From an uncultured delta proteobacterium (GTDB lineage Bacteria; Myxococcota; Myxococcia; Myxococcales; Myxococcaceae), in contig CAWCKH010000004.1 in NCBI GenBank assembly GCA_963796055.1, forward strand, positions 512,001 through 576,000: a DNA stretch of 64,000 nucleotides, in the 5' to 3' direction. Positions 51,637 to 62,847 of the stretch are shown here, one piece after another. A model generated the notes under the pieces. It saw only the letters and a list, made by a program, of their open reading frames with translations. It did no database searches and had not been told where the DNA came from. Every line of letters starts with the position of its first letter. The first letter of the stretch is position 1. The position numbers were made by a program, and so were the translations under genes.

Positions 51637-52731
51637 TCACCCCGCCGCCCGCGGCCCCGCGGCCAGCGCCCGGCCGGCCCGGACCGCCTCGGCCAGGCCG
51701 CCCAGGACCTCCTCGGTGGCGTCCCAGCCGAGACAGGCATCGGTGATGCTCTGCCCATAGGTGAGCTGGGAGCGGGGACCGGGCGCCTGCCGGCCCTCGA
51801 CGAGGTGGCTCTCCAGCATCACCCCGAACACCGCCTGGTCACCCCCGGCGCGGCGGGCCGCGAGCTCGCCGGCCACGGCGATCTGCCGGCGCGGGTCCTT
51901 CCCGCTGTTCCCGTGCGAGCAGTCCACCATCAGCCGGGGCCGCTGCCCTGCCTCGCGAAGCCCGGCGCAGGCGGCAGCGACCGAGGCGGCGTCGTAGTTG
52001 GGCCCGCTGGTCGCGCCGCGCAGGATGAGGTGGGTGTCGGGGTTGCCCTTGGTCTCGACGATCGCCGCCAGCCCCTGCTTGGTGACCGAGAGGAAGCAGT
52101 GCGGATTGCCGGAGGCGGTCACCGCGTCGATGGCGATCTTCACGTTGCCGTCGGTGCCGTTCTTGAACCCCACCGGCATCGAGAGCCCCGAGGCCAGCTC
52201 GCGGTGCACCTGGCTCTCGGTGGTGCGAGCGCCGATCGCCCCCCAGGACACGGTGTCGGCGAGGAACTGCGGGGTGATGGTGTCCAGGAACTCGCAGCCG
52301 GCGCGGATTCCTTGGTCGGCGAGCCCCACCAGCAGCCCCCGCGCCAGGGTAAGCCCCTCGTTGATCCGGAAGCTCCCGTCGAGGTGCGGGTCGTTGATCA
52401 GCCCCTTCCAGCCCACCCGCGTCCGCGGCTTCTCGAAGTAGACCCGCATCACCAGCAGCAACGCGTCGGAGAGCCGGCGCTCCACCGCCGCCAGCCGCTC
52501 GGCGTAGGCCCGGGCGGCGTCCACGTCGTGGATCGAGCACGGGCCGACCACCACCAGGAGCCGGTCGTCGAGCCCGTGGAGGACGGCGCTCACCTCGCGG
52601 CGGGCGGAGTAGACGAAGGTCTCGGCTTCCGGCCCGAGCGGGAGCTGCTCGATGAGGATGGCGGGAGGCAGGACCGGGCGCAGGCGCGCGATCCGGACGT
52701 CGTCGATTCGGTTGAGGGGCATATCGGGCAT
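51637..52731 (-). CDS. DAHP synthase class I-alpha (AroF/G/H type)
   Basis: VGPCSIHD, RVYFEKPRT..GWKGLINDP, IGARTTESQ.HRELASGLS, DCSHGNS and SITDAC. Confidence 0.96.
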   Translation of the reverse strand: MPDMPLNRIDDVRIARLRPVLPPAILIEQLPLGPEAETFVYSARREVSAVLHGLDDRLLVVVGPCSIHDVDAARAYAERLAAVERRLSDALLLVMRVYFEKPRTRVGWKGLINDPHLDGSFRINEGLTLARGLLVGLADQGIRAGCEFLDTITPQFLADTVSWGAIGARTTESQVHRELASGLSMPVGFKNGTDGNVKIAIDAVTASGNPHCFLSVTKQGLAAIVETKGNPDTHLILRGATSGPNYDAASVAAACAGLREAGQRPRLMVDCSHGNSGKDPRRQIAVAGELAARRAGGDQAVFGVMLESHLVEGRQAPGPRSQLTYGQSITDACLGWDATEEVLGGLAEAVRAGRALAAGPRAAG

Positions 52732-52789
52732 GCAGGCGACGGGGCCAGGATGCCAGACACCCCGGGGCCCGGTCGACCCCGGCCGCCGT

Positions 52790-54775
52790 TCAGCGCGGGG
52801 CGGGCTGCCGCGGGCTGCCGAGGTACCGGTCGAACCACCGCACCTCGCGTTGCATGGCGTCCAGCACGTGCGCCGGATCGCGGAACTTGTGTCCCTCGTC
52901 CGCGTAGACCACCAGCTCGGTGGGGACCGCGAGCGTCTTCAGCCCGTGCCAGAACTCGTAGCTCTGCGGGGCAGGGCACTCGGCGTCGCGCTCGCCCACC
53001 AGCACCAGGGTCGGCGTCTCGACCCGGGTGATGAACTGCATCGGCGAGCTGCGGGCGTACACCGCCGGCTCGGCGTACACCGTGCCACCGAAGTACGGCA
53101 GCATCCACTGGTCGATCTTGTTCTGCCCGTAATAGCTCAGCCAGTTGGCGATGCCTGCGCTCGCCATCGCGGCCTTGAAGCGCCGGGTCTGCGTCACCGC
53201 GAACATCGCCATGTACCCGCCGTAGCTGTGACCGCGGATGCCGACCCGGCTGCCGTCCACCCTGCCGGTGCGCACCGCCGCGTCTACCCCGGCGAGGATG
53301 TCCCTCAGGTCGCCATGGCCGAAGTCCTTCACGTTGGCCCGGGTGAAGGCCTCCCCCTGACCGAAGCTCCCCCGCGGGTTCGGGGCGAGCACCGCGAAAC
53401 CCTGGCTCACCAGCACGAGCAGCTTCGCCTCGAAGCTGTTCTTCGCCGCCGAGGCCGGGCCGCCGTGGACGTTGACCACCAGCGGCCGCTTGCCCGGGAA
53501 GACGTCCTCCGGTGGCAGGTAGAGCCAGCCCTGGACGTTCCAGCGCTCGCTCATCCAGGCGAGGCGCTCCACGCGGGCCGCCGGGCTCTTCAACGCGCGG
53601 TTCACCCGCGACAGCTGGGTCCAGCGACCCACCGGACCGACCCACACCTCGGGGGGCTCGAGGCCGGTCTCGCGGGCGACCGCCACCGTCGATCCGTCGG
53701 CGGAGTATGCGGCCGAGGTCCCGTGGCGGGCCGTCAGATGCTCGGGGCCGTGCCAGAGCACGCCGGGCGTGCCCGACCGGTCCGGGTCGATGTGGAGGAA
53801 CGCCGAGTCGCCCCCCATCACCGCCGCTGCCACCAGGCCGGCGCCAGGGGTCCACGACAGCTGCGACGCGGACGCGCGCATGCCGGGCGTCACGTTGCGC
53901 GCCCCCGCGCCGCTCACCGGAACGACGTGCACGTCGCCCCCGTTTGCCCCGGCGTCGCTCATCAGCCCCTCGATGAAGGCCACGCGCTTGCCGTCCGGAC
54001 TCCACGTCGGCTCGCAGATCTGCAGCGCCGGGTGGTGCAGCACCCGCACCGCGCCGCCGGCGCTGGGGATGAGGAAGAGCTCGGCGCTCCACCAGTTGTC
54101 GTCGCCGGAACCGTGCGCCGCGGTGGCCACGAACGTCGTTCCGTCCGGGCTCCAGGCATACTCGTAGACGAACAGATCCTCCGGGGACACGGGGGCCAGC
54201 CGCCCGCCCTCGGCGGGGACGAGCGCGATCCGCTGCTCACGCACCACCGAGCCGATGACGCCGGTTTCGCGCGGGCTGGGGCCGAGCGGGCCCAGCGCGT
54301 CCGCCGCTCCCTCGAGGTACAGCACGGCGAGCCGCTTGCCGTCCGGAGACCAGCGTGGAGTTTCCAGGTGCCCGCTGGCCTGCGTCAGCTTGCGAACCGC
54401 GCCGCTCGCCACGTCGGCCAGGTAGAGCTGGGGCTGGCCGGTCTGCTCGGCGTCGGAGAGGAAGGCCAGCCACTTCCCATCGGGAGAAAAGACCGGCTCG
54501 TCCTCCTCGTGGTCCGCTCCGTCCCGGGCGGCGGTGATGCGCACCGGGTTCCCGCCGCTCCGCGCGGCCAGACGGAGGATCCTCAACCGGCCGGACGGCC
54601 CTGCCGGGGTCGGCGCCGCCTCCGCCCAGGCGACCCGTTCGCCATCCGGAGAGAGGGCGACTCGCTCGATCTTCACCAGCCGGTTCAGCTCGGCCAGCGA
54701 GGACTCCACCGTGGGGTGGGTGGCAGCCGCGGACAGGGCAGTGAGCGTCAGGAGGGTGAGCGTGATCAGAGGCAA
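52790..54775 (-). CDS. S9-family prolyl oligopeptidase / acylaminoacyl peptidase, exported
   Basis: Signal peptide, WSPDG propeller repeats, VHGGP, catalytic GHSYGG, GERD and EGH. Confidence 0.93.
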   Translation of the reverse strand: MPLITLTLLTLTALSAAATHPTVESSLAELNRLVKIERVALSPDGERVAWAEAAPTPAGPSGRLRILRLAARSGGNPVRITAARDGADHEEDEPVFSPDGKWLAFLSDAEQTGQPQLYLADVASGAVRKLTQASGHLETPRWSPDGKRLAVLYLEGAADALGPLGPSPRETGVIGSVVREQRIALVPAEGGRLAPVSPEDLFVYEYAWSPDGTTFVATAAHGSGDDNWWSAELFLIPSAGGAVRVLHHPALQICEPTWSPDGKRVAFIEGLMSDAGANGGDVHVVPVSGAGARNVTPGMRASASQLSWTPGAGLVAAAVMGGDSAFLHIDPDRSGTPGVLWHGPEHLTARHGTSAAYSADGSTVAVARETGLEPPEVWVGPVGRWTQLSRVNRALKSPAARVERLAWMSERWNVQGWLYLPPEDVFPGKRPLVVNVHGGPASAAKNSFEAKLLVLVSQGFAVLAPNPRGSFGQGEAFTRANVKDFGHGDLRDILAGVDAAVRTGRVDGSRVGIRGHSYGGYMAMFAVTQTRRFKAAMASAGIANWLSYYGQNKIDQWMLPYFGGTVYAEPAVYARSSPMQFITRVETPTLVLVGERDAECPAPQSYEFWHGLKTLAVPTELVVYADEGHKFRDPAHVLDAMQREVRWFDRYLGSPRQPAPR

Positions 54776-54901
54776 TCTCCCGGGGCCGGGGGGCGGCAGA
54801 GTACCCGGAAGCAGCCGGGACGCCAGGGCTCAGGAGAGCCGCGCGAGCCACGTGGTCCGCTATGCTCCGCGCCCCTCGAAGTTCTCCCTGGGAGTCACCA
54901 C

Positions 54902-55731
54902 GTGCCGCGTCGCATCCGTCTCGCCCTGCTCCCCGCCATGCTCGCTTCCGGCGCAGCGCTCGCCCAGGCCACGCCCAAGCTCGACCTGCCCCGTCCGAGC
55001 CCCAAGGGCTCGGTGACCCAGAACGTCGGCCTGACGGAGGTGTCGGTCGGCTACTCCAGCCCGGCGGTGAAGGGCCGGAGGATTCTGGGGCGAGGTGGTA
55101 CCTTTCGACGAGGTCTGGCGCGCCGGGGCGAACGAGTGCACCAAGGTGAGCTTCTCCACCCCGGTCTCCATCGAGGGCAAGCCTGTCACGGCCGGCGCCT
55201 ATTGCCTGTTCCTGCTGCCCCGCAAGACCGGCTGGACCTTCATCCTCAGCAAGAACACCGAGCAGGCGGGCACGGGCGACTACAAGCAGAGCGAGGACGC
55301 GCTCCGGGTTGCGGCCACCTCGAGCACCATCCCCCTGCGCGAGCGGATGGCCTTCGCCATCCTCGACTTCGACGACGAGAAGGGCACCCTGGCCATGGAG
55401 TGGGAGAAGCTTCAAGTGTCGGTGAGGTTCACCACCGGCACCCGGGAGAAGGTGCTCGCCCAGATCCGCGCGCTCGAGGGCGACGACTGGAGGCCCTACA
55501 ACAACGCGGCCCGGTACCTGCTCGGCGCCGGCATCGAGCCTGCGCTGGCGATGCAGCTGACGGACCGCTCCATCCGCCTCCAGGAAACGTGGAACAACGT
55601 CTGGACCCGCGCGCAGCTCCTCCACGCCGCGGGGAAGAACGGCGAGGCGCTCGCCGCCGCCCAGCGCGCCCAGACGCTGGGGAAGGCCTCGGCGAACTTC
55701 TTCGAGGCCGACGCCGTCGCCAAGGCGCTGG

Positions 55732-55748
<17 letters not shown>
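54902..55748 (+). pseudogene. DUF2911-family exported protein with TPR tail; +1 frameshift near 55083 (mutation or sequencing error)
   Basis: Signal peptide plus LPRPSPKGSVTQNVGLTEVSVGYSSPAVKGRRI in one frame, continuing as WGEVVPFDEVWRAGANECT in the next frame. Confidence 0.8.
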
Positions 55749-57348
<1,600 letters not shown>

Positions 57349-57415
57349 GGGGGCGCCCTCCTGCCACCGGCTGAAGGACGACCCTCTCACCCCCCGCCGC
57401 GGCGATCCACGGTCC

Positions 57416-58609
57416 TCACCGGACCGACGTCGAGCCGGCGACCGGGCGGGCGACCACCTCCCGGTAGAGTGCCTCGATGCGGGACACCAGCGGGCCAGGC
57501 TGGAAGCGCGCCAGGGCCGCGGCCCGGGCCGCCCGGCCCATCGCCACCCGCCGCACCGGATCGGCGAGCAGTCCGAGCACCGCTCCGGCCATGGCCACCG
57601 GGTCCCGCGCCGGCACCAGCCAGCCGGTCTCGCCGTGGCTCACCACCTCCGGCACGCCCCCCACGTCGCTGGCCACGACGGGGACGCCGGAGGCAAGCGA
57701 CTCCAGCGCCGCCAGGCCGAAGCTCTCCTGATCGCTGGGGAGCAGGAAGAGGTCGGCGTGGGCGAAGAGGTCCCCGAGCGAGCGTCGCTCCCCGGCGAAG
57801 GCCACCGCCTCGCTCACCCCGAGGGAGGCCGCGAGCGCCTCGACCGCGCCGCGCTCCGGGCCGTCGCCCACCAGGACCAGCACCGCCGGACGCGCCCGCC
57901 GCACCTCGGCCAGTGCCCGGACCGCATCCCCTACCCGCTTCACCGGCCGGAAGTTGGAGGCGTGGAGCAGCACTGCCGGTCGGCGGCCAGGACGAAAGTC
58001 CAGCGCGGGGAACAGCGCCGGCACCTCGCCTGCGCCGTTGTCGAGTGGATGGAAAGCCTCGGGGTCGACGAAGTTCGGCATGACCTCCACTGCGAGGCCA
58101 GGGGGCAGCCCGAGCGTCTCCACCGCCACCCGCCGCAGCCACGCCGAGGGGGTGAGGACCGCGTCGCTTCCGAGCACCGTCTCCCGGACCTGGGCGCGCA
58201 TCTCCGCGTCGGCCCGGACTCCGGTGACGTCGGTGCCGTGCAGGGTGGTCACCAGCGCCGGGCCACGTACCCCCAGGCTGCGTACCCGCTCCCGGGCGAG
58301 CAGAGCCGCAGGCCCGTGCGGCAAGGCGTAGTGCACGTGCAGGACGTGGAGCGACTCACGCACCGCAACCCCGGCCATGGCGCGGGCCAGAGGCAGGGGC
58401 TCGGTCACCGCTCCCGCCGGCGGGCGCGGCGTGCTCTCGACCAGGTGCACCGTCCACGGCCCGTTGCCGGCGAGCCGCACCGGCACGGCAGAGGAGAAGA
58501 CATGCACCCGGTGCCCGCGCGCCGTCAGCTGCATCGCCAGCTGTGAGGCCGCCACCCCGCTCCCGCCCACCGTGGGGAAGCAGGCGATGCCCACCCCGAG
58601 CGCGGTCAC
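57416..58609 (-). CDS. bshA: N-acetyl-alpha-D-glucosaminyl L-malate synthase
   Basis: IACFPTVGGSG, LHVHYALPH, TTLHGTDVT, HASNFRPVKR and ESFGLAALE; GTGA overlap with bshC. Confidence 0.9.
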   Translation of the reverse strand: MTALGVGIACFPTVGGSGVAASQLAMQLTARGHRVHVFSSAVPVRLAGNGPWTVHLVESTPRPPAGAVTEPLPLARAMAGVAVRESLHVLHVHYALPHGPAALLARERVRSLGVRGPALVTTLHGTDVTGVRADAEMRAQVRETVLGSDAVLTPSAWLRRVAVETLGLPPGLAVEVMPNFVDPEAFHPLDNGAGEVPALFPALDFRPGRRPAVLLHASNFRPVKRVGDAVRALAEVRRARPAVLVLVGDGPERGAVEALAASLGVSEAVAFAGERRSLGDLFAHADLFLLPSDQESFGLAALESLASGVPVVASDVGGVPEVVSHGETGWLVPARDPVAMAGAVLGLLADPVRRVAMGRAARAAALARFQPGPLVSRIEALYREVVARPVAGSTSVR

Positions 58610-60210
58610 GGCCGCACCGTCCGGAGCTCGGGCGAGAGGGGAGCCGCGGCCGAGACCAGGCTGGCGATGAGCGCCCGCGGGCCGACCTCCGCGGCGATGG
58701 CCCAGAACCCGTGCACCCTCTCTTGTGGCCGCCCGGCCGGGTGGAGCGCCGTCGTCACCTGGGCCAGCGCCTCCAGCGGCCCGGTGCCCACGCCGCTGGC
58801 GACGAGCGCCGCGCGCTGCAGCCGGGCGATGAACCGGTCCACCCCGCGCTCGACGTGGGCTCTCGTCTTCTCCACCGCGCGGGCCAGCGCCCGGTCGAGC
58901 GCCACTGCCTCGGGCCGGACCGTCTCGAGCTGACGCTCGATGGGCGCGAGCAGCCTCTGCCGCAGCGAGCCATCCATCCAGGCAGGCCAGGCGTGGAGCC
59001 GCGCGGCGAGCACATGGGCCGGCTGGTCCGTCTCCTCGGGTGTGAGCCCGAGCGCGTCGAGGACCGAGGCGGTCCACGGGTCCACCACCCGAAACCGCGC
59101 CCGCGGGGCGACCATCGGAAGCTCCAGCCCGGCGCGGGCGTACACCGGCGGGAGCTGCGCAAAGTAGGTGCACTCGGCCGGGCCGCCCAGGTACGCCGCG
59201 GTCGGCAGCAGCGTATCCTGCACCAGCGGGCGGAGCAGTGCCGAGGTGCTGAAGCAGAGCGGGTCGTCGGCCAGGCGCGCCTGCAGCTCGCCACGCGACA
59301 CCCGCCCGAGCGGGGTCCGGAAGCCGTTCCCGTCGCGGTCCGGCCGGAAGCGCGGGCCATCGGGACCTTCGGGGTGGAAGAAGGCGAGCGAGGCCTCCGC
59401 CCGGGTGTGCACCTGCTCGGGGAATCCGCACCGGGCCAGCGCCGCGCACCGCTCCTCGAGCAGCGCGCCGATGGCGTCCTCCTCCTCCAGCGCGAACTGC
59501 ACCACCGGCGCGGCACGGGCCGCCATTGCCGGGGTCCGTGGGTCCAGGAGCACCAGCCCCTCCTCGGCGAACAGCTCGGCCAGCACGCCCGCGAACGCTG
59601 CGCCGGGCGAGCGGCCCGGGAGGTAGTGACGCGCCAGCAGCGCCGTCACCTCGTCGCCGTGCGGGAGCGGCGCCAGCGACCGGGACAGGGAGGCGAGGTG
59701 GACCTCCACCTCGGGCGGCAAGCGCCGATGGGCGAGCGAGACCCGCGCCTCGGCCGGGGACTCGGGGGCGAGCCGGCCCGAGAGCCACCTGCCGCGGACG
59801 CACCCGTCGAAGCGGGCCACCTCGGTCCAGTCGTGGTCCTCGGTCTGCAGCCAGAAGATCGGAATGCAGAGGCGCCCCGTGCGTTCGCCGAGCCACCGGG
59901 CCCGCGCCACCGCGGTCGCCGCCTTGTGCACCGTGTACAGCGGACCGAGGAAGACACCGACTTGCTGCCCGGTGACGATGCAGGTCGTCCCGGGGCGATC
60001 GAGCGCGGCGAGGGTCGCGTGCCGCGCCGGTGACACCGGGAGCGCCGCCGCCTGTCGCTGCAGCTCCTCGACCACTCCCTGCACCGGCCTGCGCCGCGAC
60101 GCGCGGGCCGCCGCCTCCTCCCAGGCCTTCGGCTCGAGGGGCCGCGTGGGAAGCAGCGCGGTGGCATCGGCTTCCCCGGCGATGAAGTGCGCGAAGAAAT
60201 CCGAAGCCAT
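58606..60210 (-). CDS. bshC: Bacillithiol biosynthesis cysteine-adding enzyme
   Basis: IVTGQQ.G.FLGPLYT.HKA, FW..TEDHD..EV, LLRPLVQD.LLPT..Y.GGP.E..YFAQL and PQER. Confidence 0.9.
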   Translation of the reverse strand: MASDFFAHFIAGEADATALLPTRPLEPKAWEEAAARASRRRPVQGVVEELQRQAAALPVSPARHATLAALDRPGTTCIVTGQQVGVFLGPLYTVHKAATAVARARWLGERTGRLCIPIFWLQTEDHDWTEVARFDGCVRGRWLSGRLAPESPAEARVSLAHRRLPPEVEVHLASLSRSLAPLPHGDEVTALLARHYLPGRSPGAAFAGVLAELFAEEGLVLLDPRTPAMAARAAPVVQFALEEEDAIGALLEERCAALARCGFPEQVHTRAEASLAFFHPEGPDGPRFRPDRDGNGFRTPLGRVSRGELQARLADDPLCFSTSALLRPLVQDTLLPTAAYLGGPAECTYFAQLPPVYARAGLELPMVAPRARFRVVDPWTASVLDALGLTPEETDQPAHVLAARLHAWPAWMDGSLRQRLLAPIERQLETVRPEAVALDRALARAVEKTRAHVERGVDRFIARLQRAALVASGVGTGPLEALAQVTTALHPAGRPQERVHGFWAIAAEVGPRALIASLVSAAAPLSPELRTVRP

Positions 60211-60235
60211 GCCAGATTGCACCGTACCAGTGCCC

Positions 60236-62725
60236 ATGCACCCATCCAAACGCGCGCCCCGCGCCGTGCTTGCCCCGATGGCCTTCACCCTGCTGCTCTC
60301 GACCGCGAACGCTGCTCCCACCCTGCGCCCCTCCCAGCCCGATGGAGCGCGGCTGGAACGCTGGCTCGACCGGCTGCTGGTGGTGGGCGGTGTGCTGTAC
60401 GTCGCCGCCCACCCGGACGACGAGAACACCCGGCTCCTGGCGTACCTTTCCAACCATTCGCTGCTTAGAACCGGCTATCTGTCGGTGACGCGGGGCGACG
60501 GCGGCCAGAACCTCATCGGCCCCGAGCTGGGCCCCGGGCTGGGGCTCATCCGCACCCAGGAGCTGCTCGCCGCGCGGGCGATGGACGGCGCCGAGCAGCT
60601 GTTCACCCGCGCACGGGACTTCGGCTACTCGAAGAGCCCCGAGGAGTCGCTCGCCATCTGGGGGCACGAGGCGATGCTCGCCGACGTGGTGCTCGCCATC
60701 CGCCGGTTCCGTCCCGACGTCATCATCACCCGCTTCCCCCTGGAGGCCGGTGAGACCCACGGGCAGCACACCGCCTCCGCCCGCCTCGCGGTCGAGGCCT
60801 TCGCCCGCGCTGCCGATCCCGCGTACATGCCGGACGCGGAGCACCGGCGGCTCGGGCCGTGGAAGGCGCGCCGGGTGGTGTGGAACGAGAGCGGGTTCTT
60901 CGGGAAGTCGGATGCGGAGCTGGGGAAGCTCCCCCACCTCGACGTGGGCGGCTACGACCCGTGGCTCGGGCTGTCGTACCCCGAGCTCGCCGCCGACAGC
61001 CGGAGCAACCACCGGAGCCAGGGGTTCGGGGCGGCGCGACGCCGCGGTCCCACCCTCGAGGCATTCCACCTGCTCGCCGGCGAGCCGATGAAGGAAGGGC
61101 CGCTGGACGGCATGGCGGCGGACTGGTCGCGCGTGCCGGGGACCGCGCGGCTGATCTCCGAGCTGAAGCGGGCACGCCAGGCGTACCGGGCCGCCACTCC
61201 CGAGGCGGCGATTCCGGCGCTCCTCGCCGCCCGCGCCGAGATGCGGAAGTTGCCGGAGCATCCCTGGAAGGAGGTGAAGCTGGCCGAGCTGGATGCCGCG
61301 GTGGTCGCCTGCGCCGGGTTGTTCGCCGACGTGACCACGGACCGGCCGAGCACCTCCCCCGGCGGGACCGTCACCGCGACCAGCACCGTGCTGCTCCGCC
61401 GTCCGGCGGCGGTGTCGCTCGCCTCGGCGCGGGTGGGCACGCGGACGTTGCTCGGACCGTCGGCGCTGAAGGCCGGCGTGCCGCGGGAGGAGAAGGCCCC
61501 CTTGGAGGTACCGCCCGACACGCGCCTCTCCAACCCCGCCTGGCTGGATGCCCCGGAGGCCGGGCTCTACCCGGTGCGGAACCCGGCGTGGATCGGGCTG
61601 CCCGAGGAGCCAGCGCCGCTGGAGGCCGAGTGGATCTTCGCCTTCGGGAGCGAGTCCATCAGCGTGCGGCGGCCGGTGGCCTACAAGTGGACCGACCCGG
61701 TGCTCGGCGAGCGCTACCGCCGGCTGGAGGTGCTCCCGGCGGTGACGGTGGACGCCTCCAGCGGGCTGCTCCTCTTCCCGGACCCCTCACCGCGCGCGCT
61801 GGAGGTCACGGTGCGGAGCGTGCGCGGTGCCTCTGGCACGCTCGCCCTCGACCTTCCGCCGGGCTTCTCCGCCCAGCCGGCGAGCGCGCCGTTCACCGTG
61901 GCCGCCGGCGGAGAGTCGACGCTCCGCTTCAGCGTCACCCCGCCACGCAGCACGGCCCGGGGCACGCTCCGCGCCGTGGCCACCGTGGCCGGGCAGCGGT
62001 TCGACCGCGGGCTGCGGCGCATCGAGGCGGAGCACATTCCCATCCAGACCTGGCTTCCCCCGGCCACGGTGCAGCTCACCCGCGCCGACGTGGCCCACGC
62101 CAGGCGCCGCATCGGCTACGTGCCGGGCCCCGGCGACGAGGTCCCCGAGGCCCTGCGCCAGGCGGGGTACGAGGTGACGCCGCTGTCGGTGACAGACCTG
62201 CGCGATGAGCCGCTGACGCGCTTCGACGCGGTGGTCTTCGGGGTCCGGGCCTTCAACGTCGAGCCGCAGCTGCAGGCCTTGCACGGCAAGCTCATGGACT
62301 ACGTCGCCTCGGGTGGGATGGTGCTGGTCCAGTACGTCACCAGCAACTTCATCTCCCAGGCCCCGCCCGATCTCGGCCCCTTCCCCTTCACCATCGGGCA
62401 CGGACGGGTGACCGACGAGACCGCGGCGGTGGAGGCGGCGGCGCACCCGGTCCTCACCACCCCCAACCGCATCGGCCCGGACGACTGGGCAGGCTGGGTC
62501 CAGGAGCGGGGGCTGTACTTCGCCGAGTCCTGGGACCCGCGCTACGCCACCCCGCTGGCGATGCACGATCCGGGCGAGAGGCCGCTGAAGGGCTCGCTGC
62601 TGGTCGCCCGCTCGGGGAAGGGCGCCTTCGTCTACACCGGGCTGTCCTTCTTCCGGCAGCTGCCCGCCGGCGTTCCGGGCGCGTTCCGGCTCTTCGCCAA
62701 TCTGGTGGACGGTGCCGGAGGCTGA
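60236..62725 (+). CDS. Large exported PIG-L/LmbE-family deacetylase with Ig-like (NEW3) and GATase-like C-terminal domains
   Basis: Signal-like N-terminus; AAHPDDE, TRGDGGQN, DFGYSK and HGQH; C-terminal GPGDEVP, WVQERGLYF and FFRQLPAGVPGAFRLFANL. Confidence 0.88.
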   Translation: MHPSKRAPRAVLAPMAFTLLLSTANAAPTLRPSQPDGARLERWLDRLLVVGGVLYVAAHPDDENTRLLAYLSNHSLLRTGYLSVTRGDGGQNLIGPELGPGLGLIRTQELLAARAMDGAEQLFTRARDFGYSKSPEESLAIWGHEAMLADVVLAIRRFRPDVIITRFPLEAGETHGQHTASARLAVEAFARAADPAYMPDAEHRRLGPWKARRVVWNESGFFGKSDAELGKLPHLDVGGYDPWLGLSYPELAADSRSNHRSQGFGAARRRGPTLEAFHLLAGEPMKEGPLDGMAADWSRVPGTARLISELKRARQAYRAATPEAAIPALLAARAEMRKLPEHPWKEVKLAELDAAVVACAGLFADVTTDRPSTSPGGTVTATSTVLLRRPAAVSLASARVGTRTLLGPSALKAGVPREEKAPLEVPPDTRLSNPAWLDAPEAGLYPVRNPAWIGLPEEPAPLEAEWIFAFGSESISVRRPVAYKWTDPVLGERYRRLEVLPAVTVDASSGLLLFPDPSPRALEVTVRSVRGASGTLALDLPPGFSAQPASAPFTVAAGGESTLRFSVTPPRSTARGTLRAVATVAGQRFDRGLRRIEAEHIPIQTWLPPATVQLTRADVAHARRRIGYVPGPGDEVPEALRQAGYEVTPLSVTDLRDEPLTRFDAVVFGVRAFNVEPQLQALHGKLMDYVASGGMVLVQYVTSNFISQAPPDLGPFPFTIGHGRVTDETAAVEAAAHPVLTTPNRIGPDDWAGWVQERGLYFAESWDPRYATPLAMHDPGERPLKGSLLVARSGKGAFVYTGLSFFRQLPAGVPGAFRLFANLVDGAGG

Positions 62726-62847
62726 GCGGGAGGACGAGGCGCGGGAGGAGGACCCCGGCCGCTGGGGCCGGCTCTACGCGACTGCTCCTGGGGATGCTCG
62801 TCCTGGAGATTGCCGGCCTCTGGGTCCTGGAGCAGGTCTTCCGGTGA
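62712..62847 (+). CDS. Small single-TM protein preceding the SSS gene; +1 frameshift near 62781
   Basis: MPEAEREDEAREEDPGRWGRLYA / LLLGMLVLEIAGLWVLEQVFR-stop. Length 136 nt is 45 codons + 1, and the TGA overlaps the SSS GTG. Confidence 0.6.

Noticed and set aside
57416..61261. 1281-aa minus-strand ORF suggesting a giant BshA fusion
   Set aside because: BshA motifs begin at GTG 58609. The upstream part is an off-frame reading of bshC and antisense to the PIG-L gene, as expected at high GC.
60236..62725. Labelling the PIG-L protein bshB
   Set aside because: It is several times longer than BshB, has extra domains and appears exported; the function is left open.
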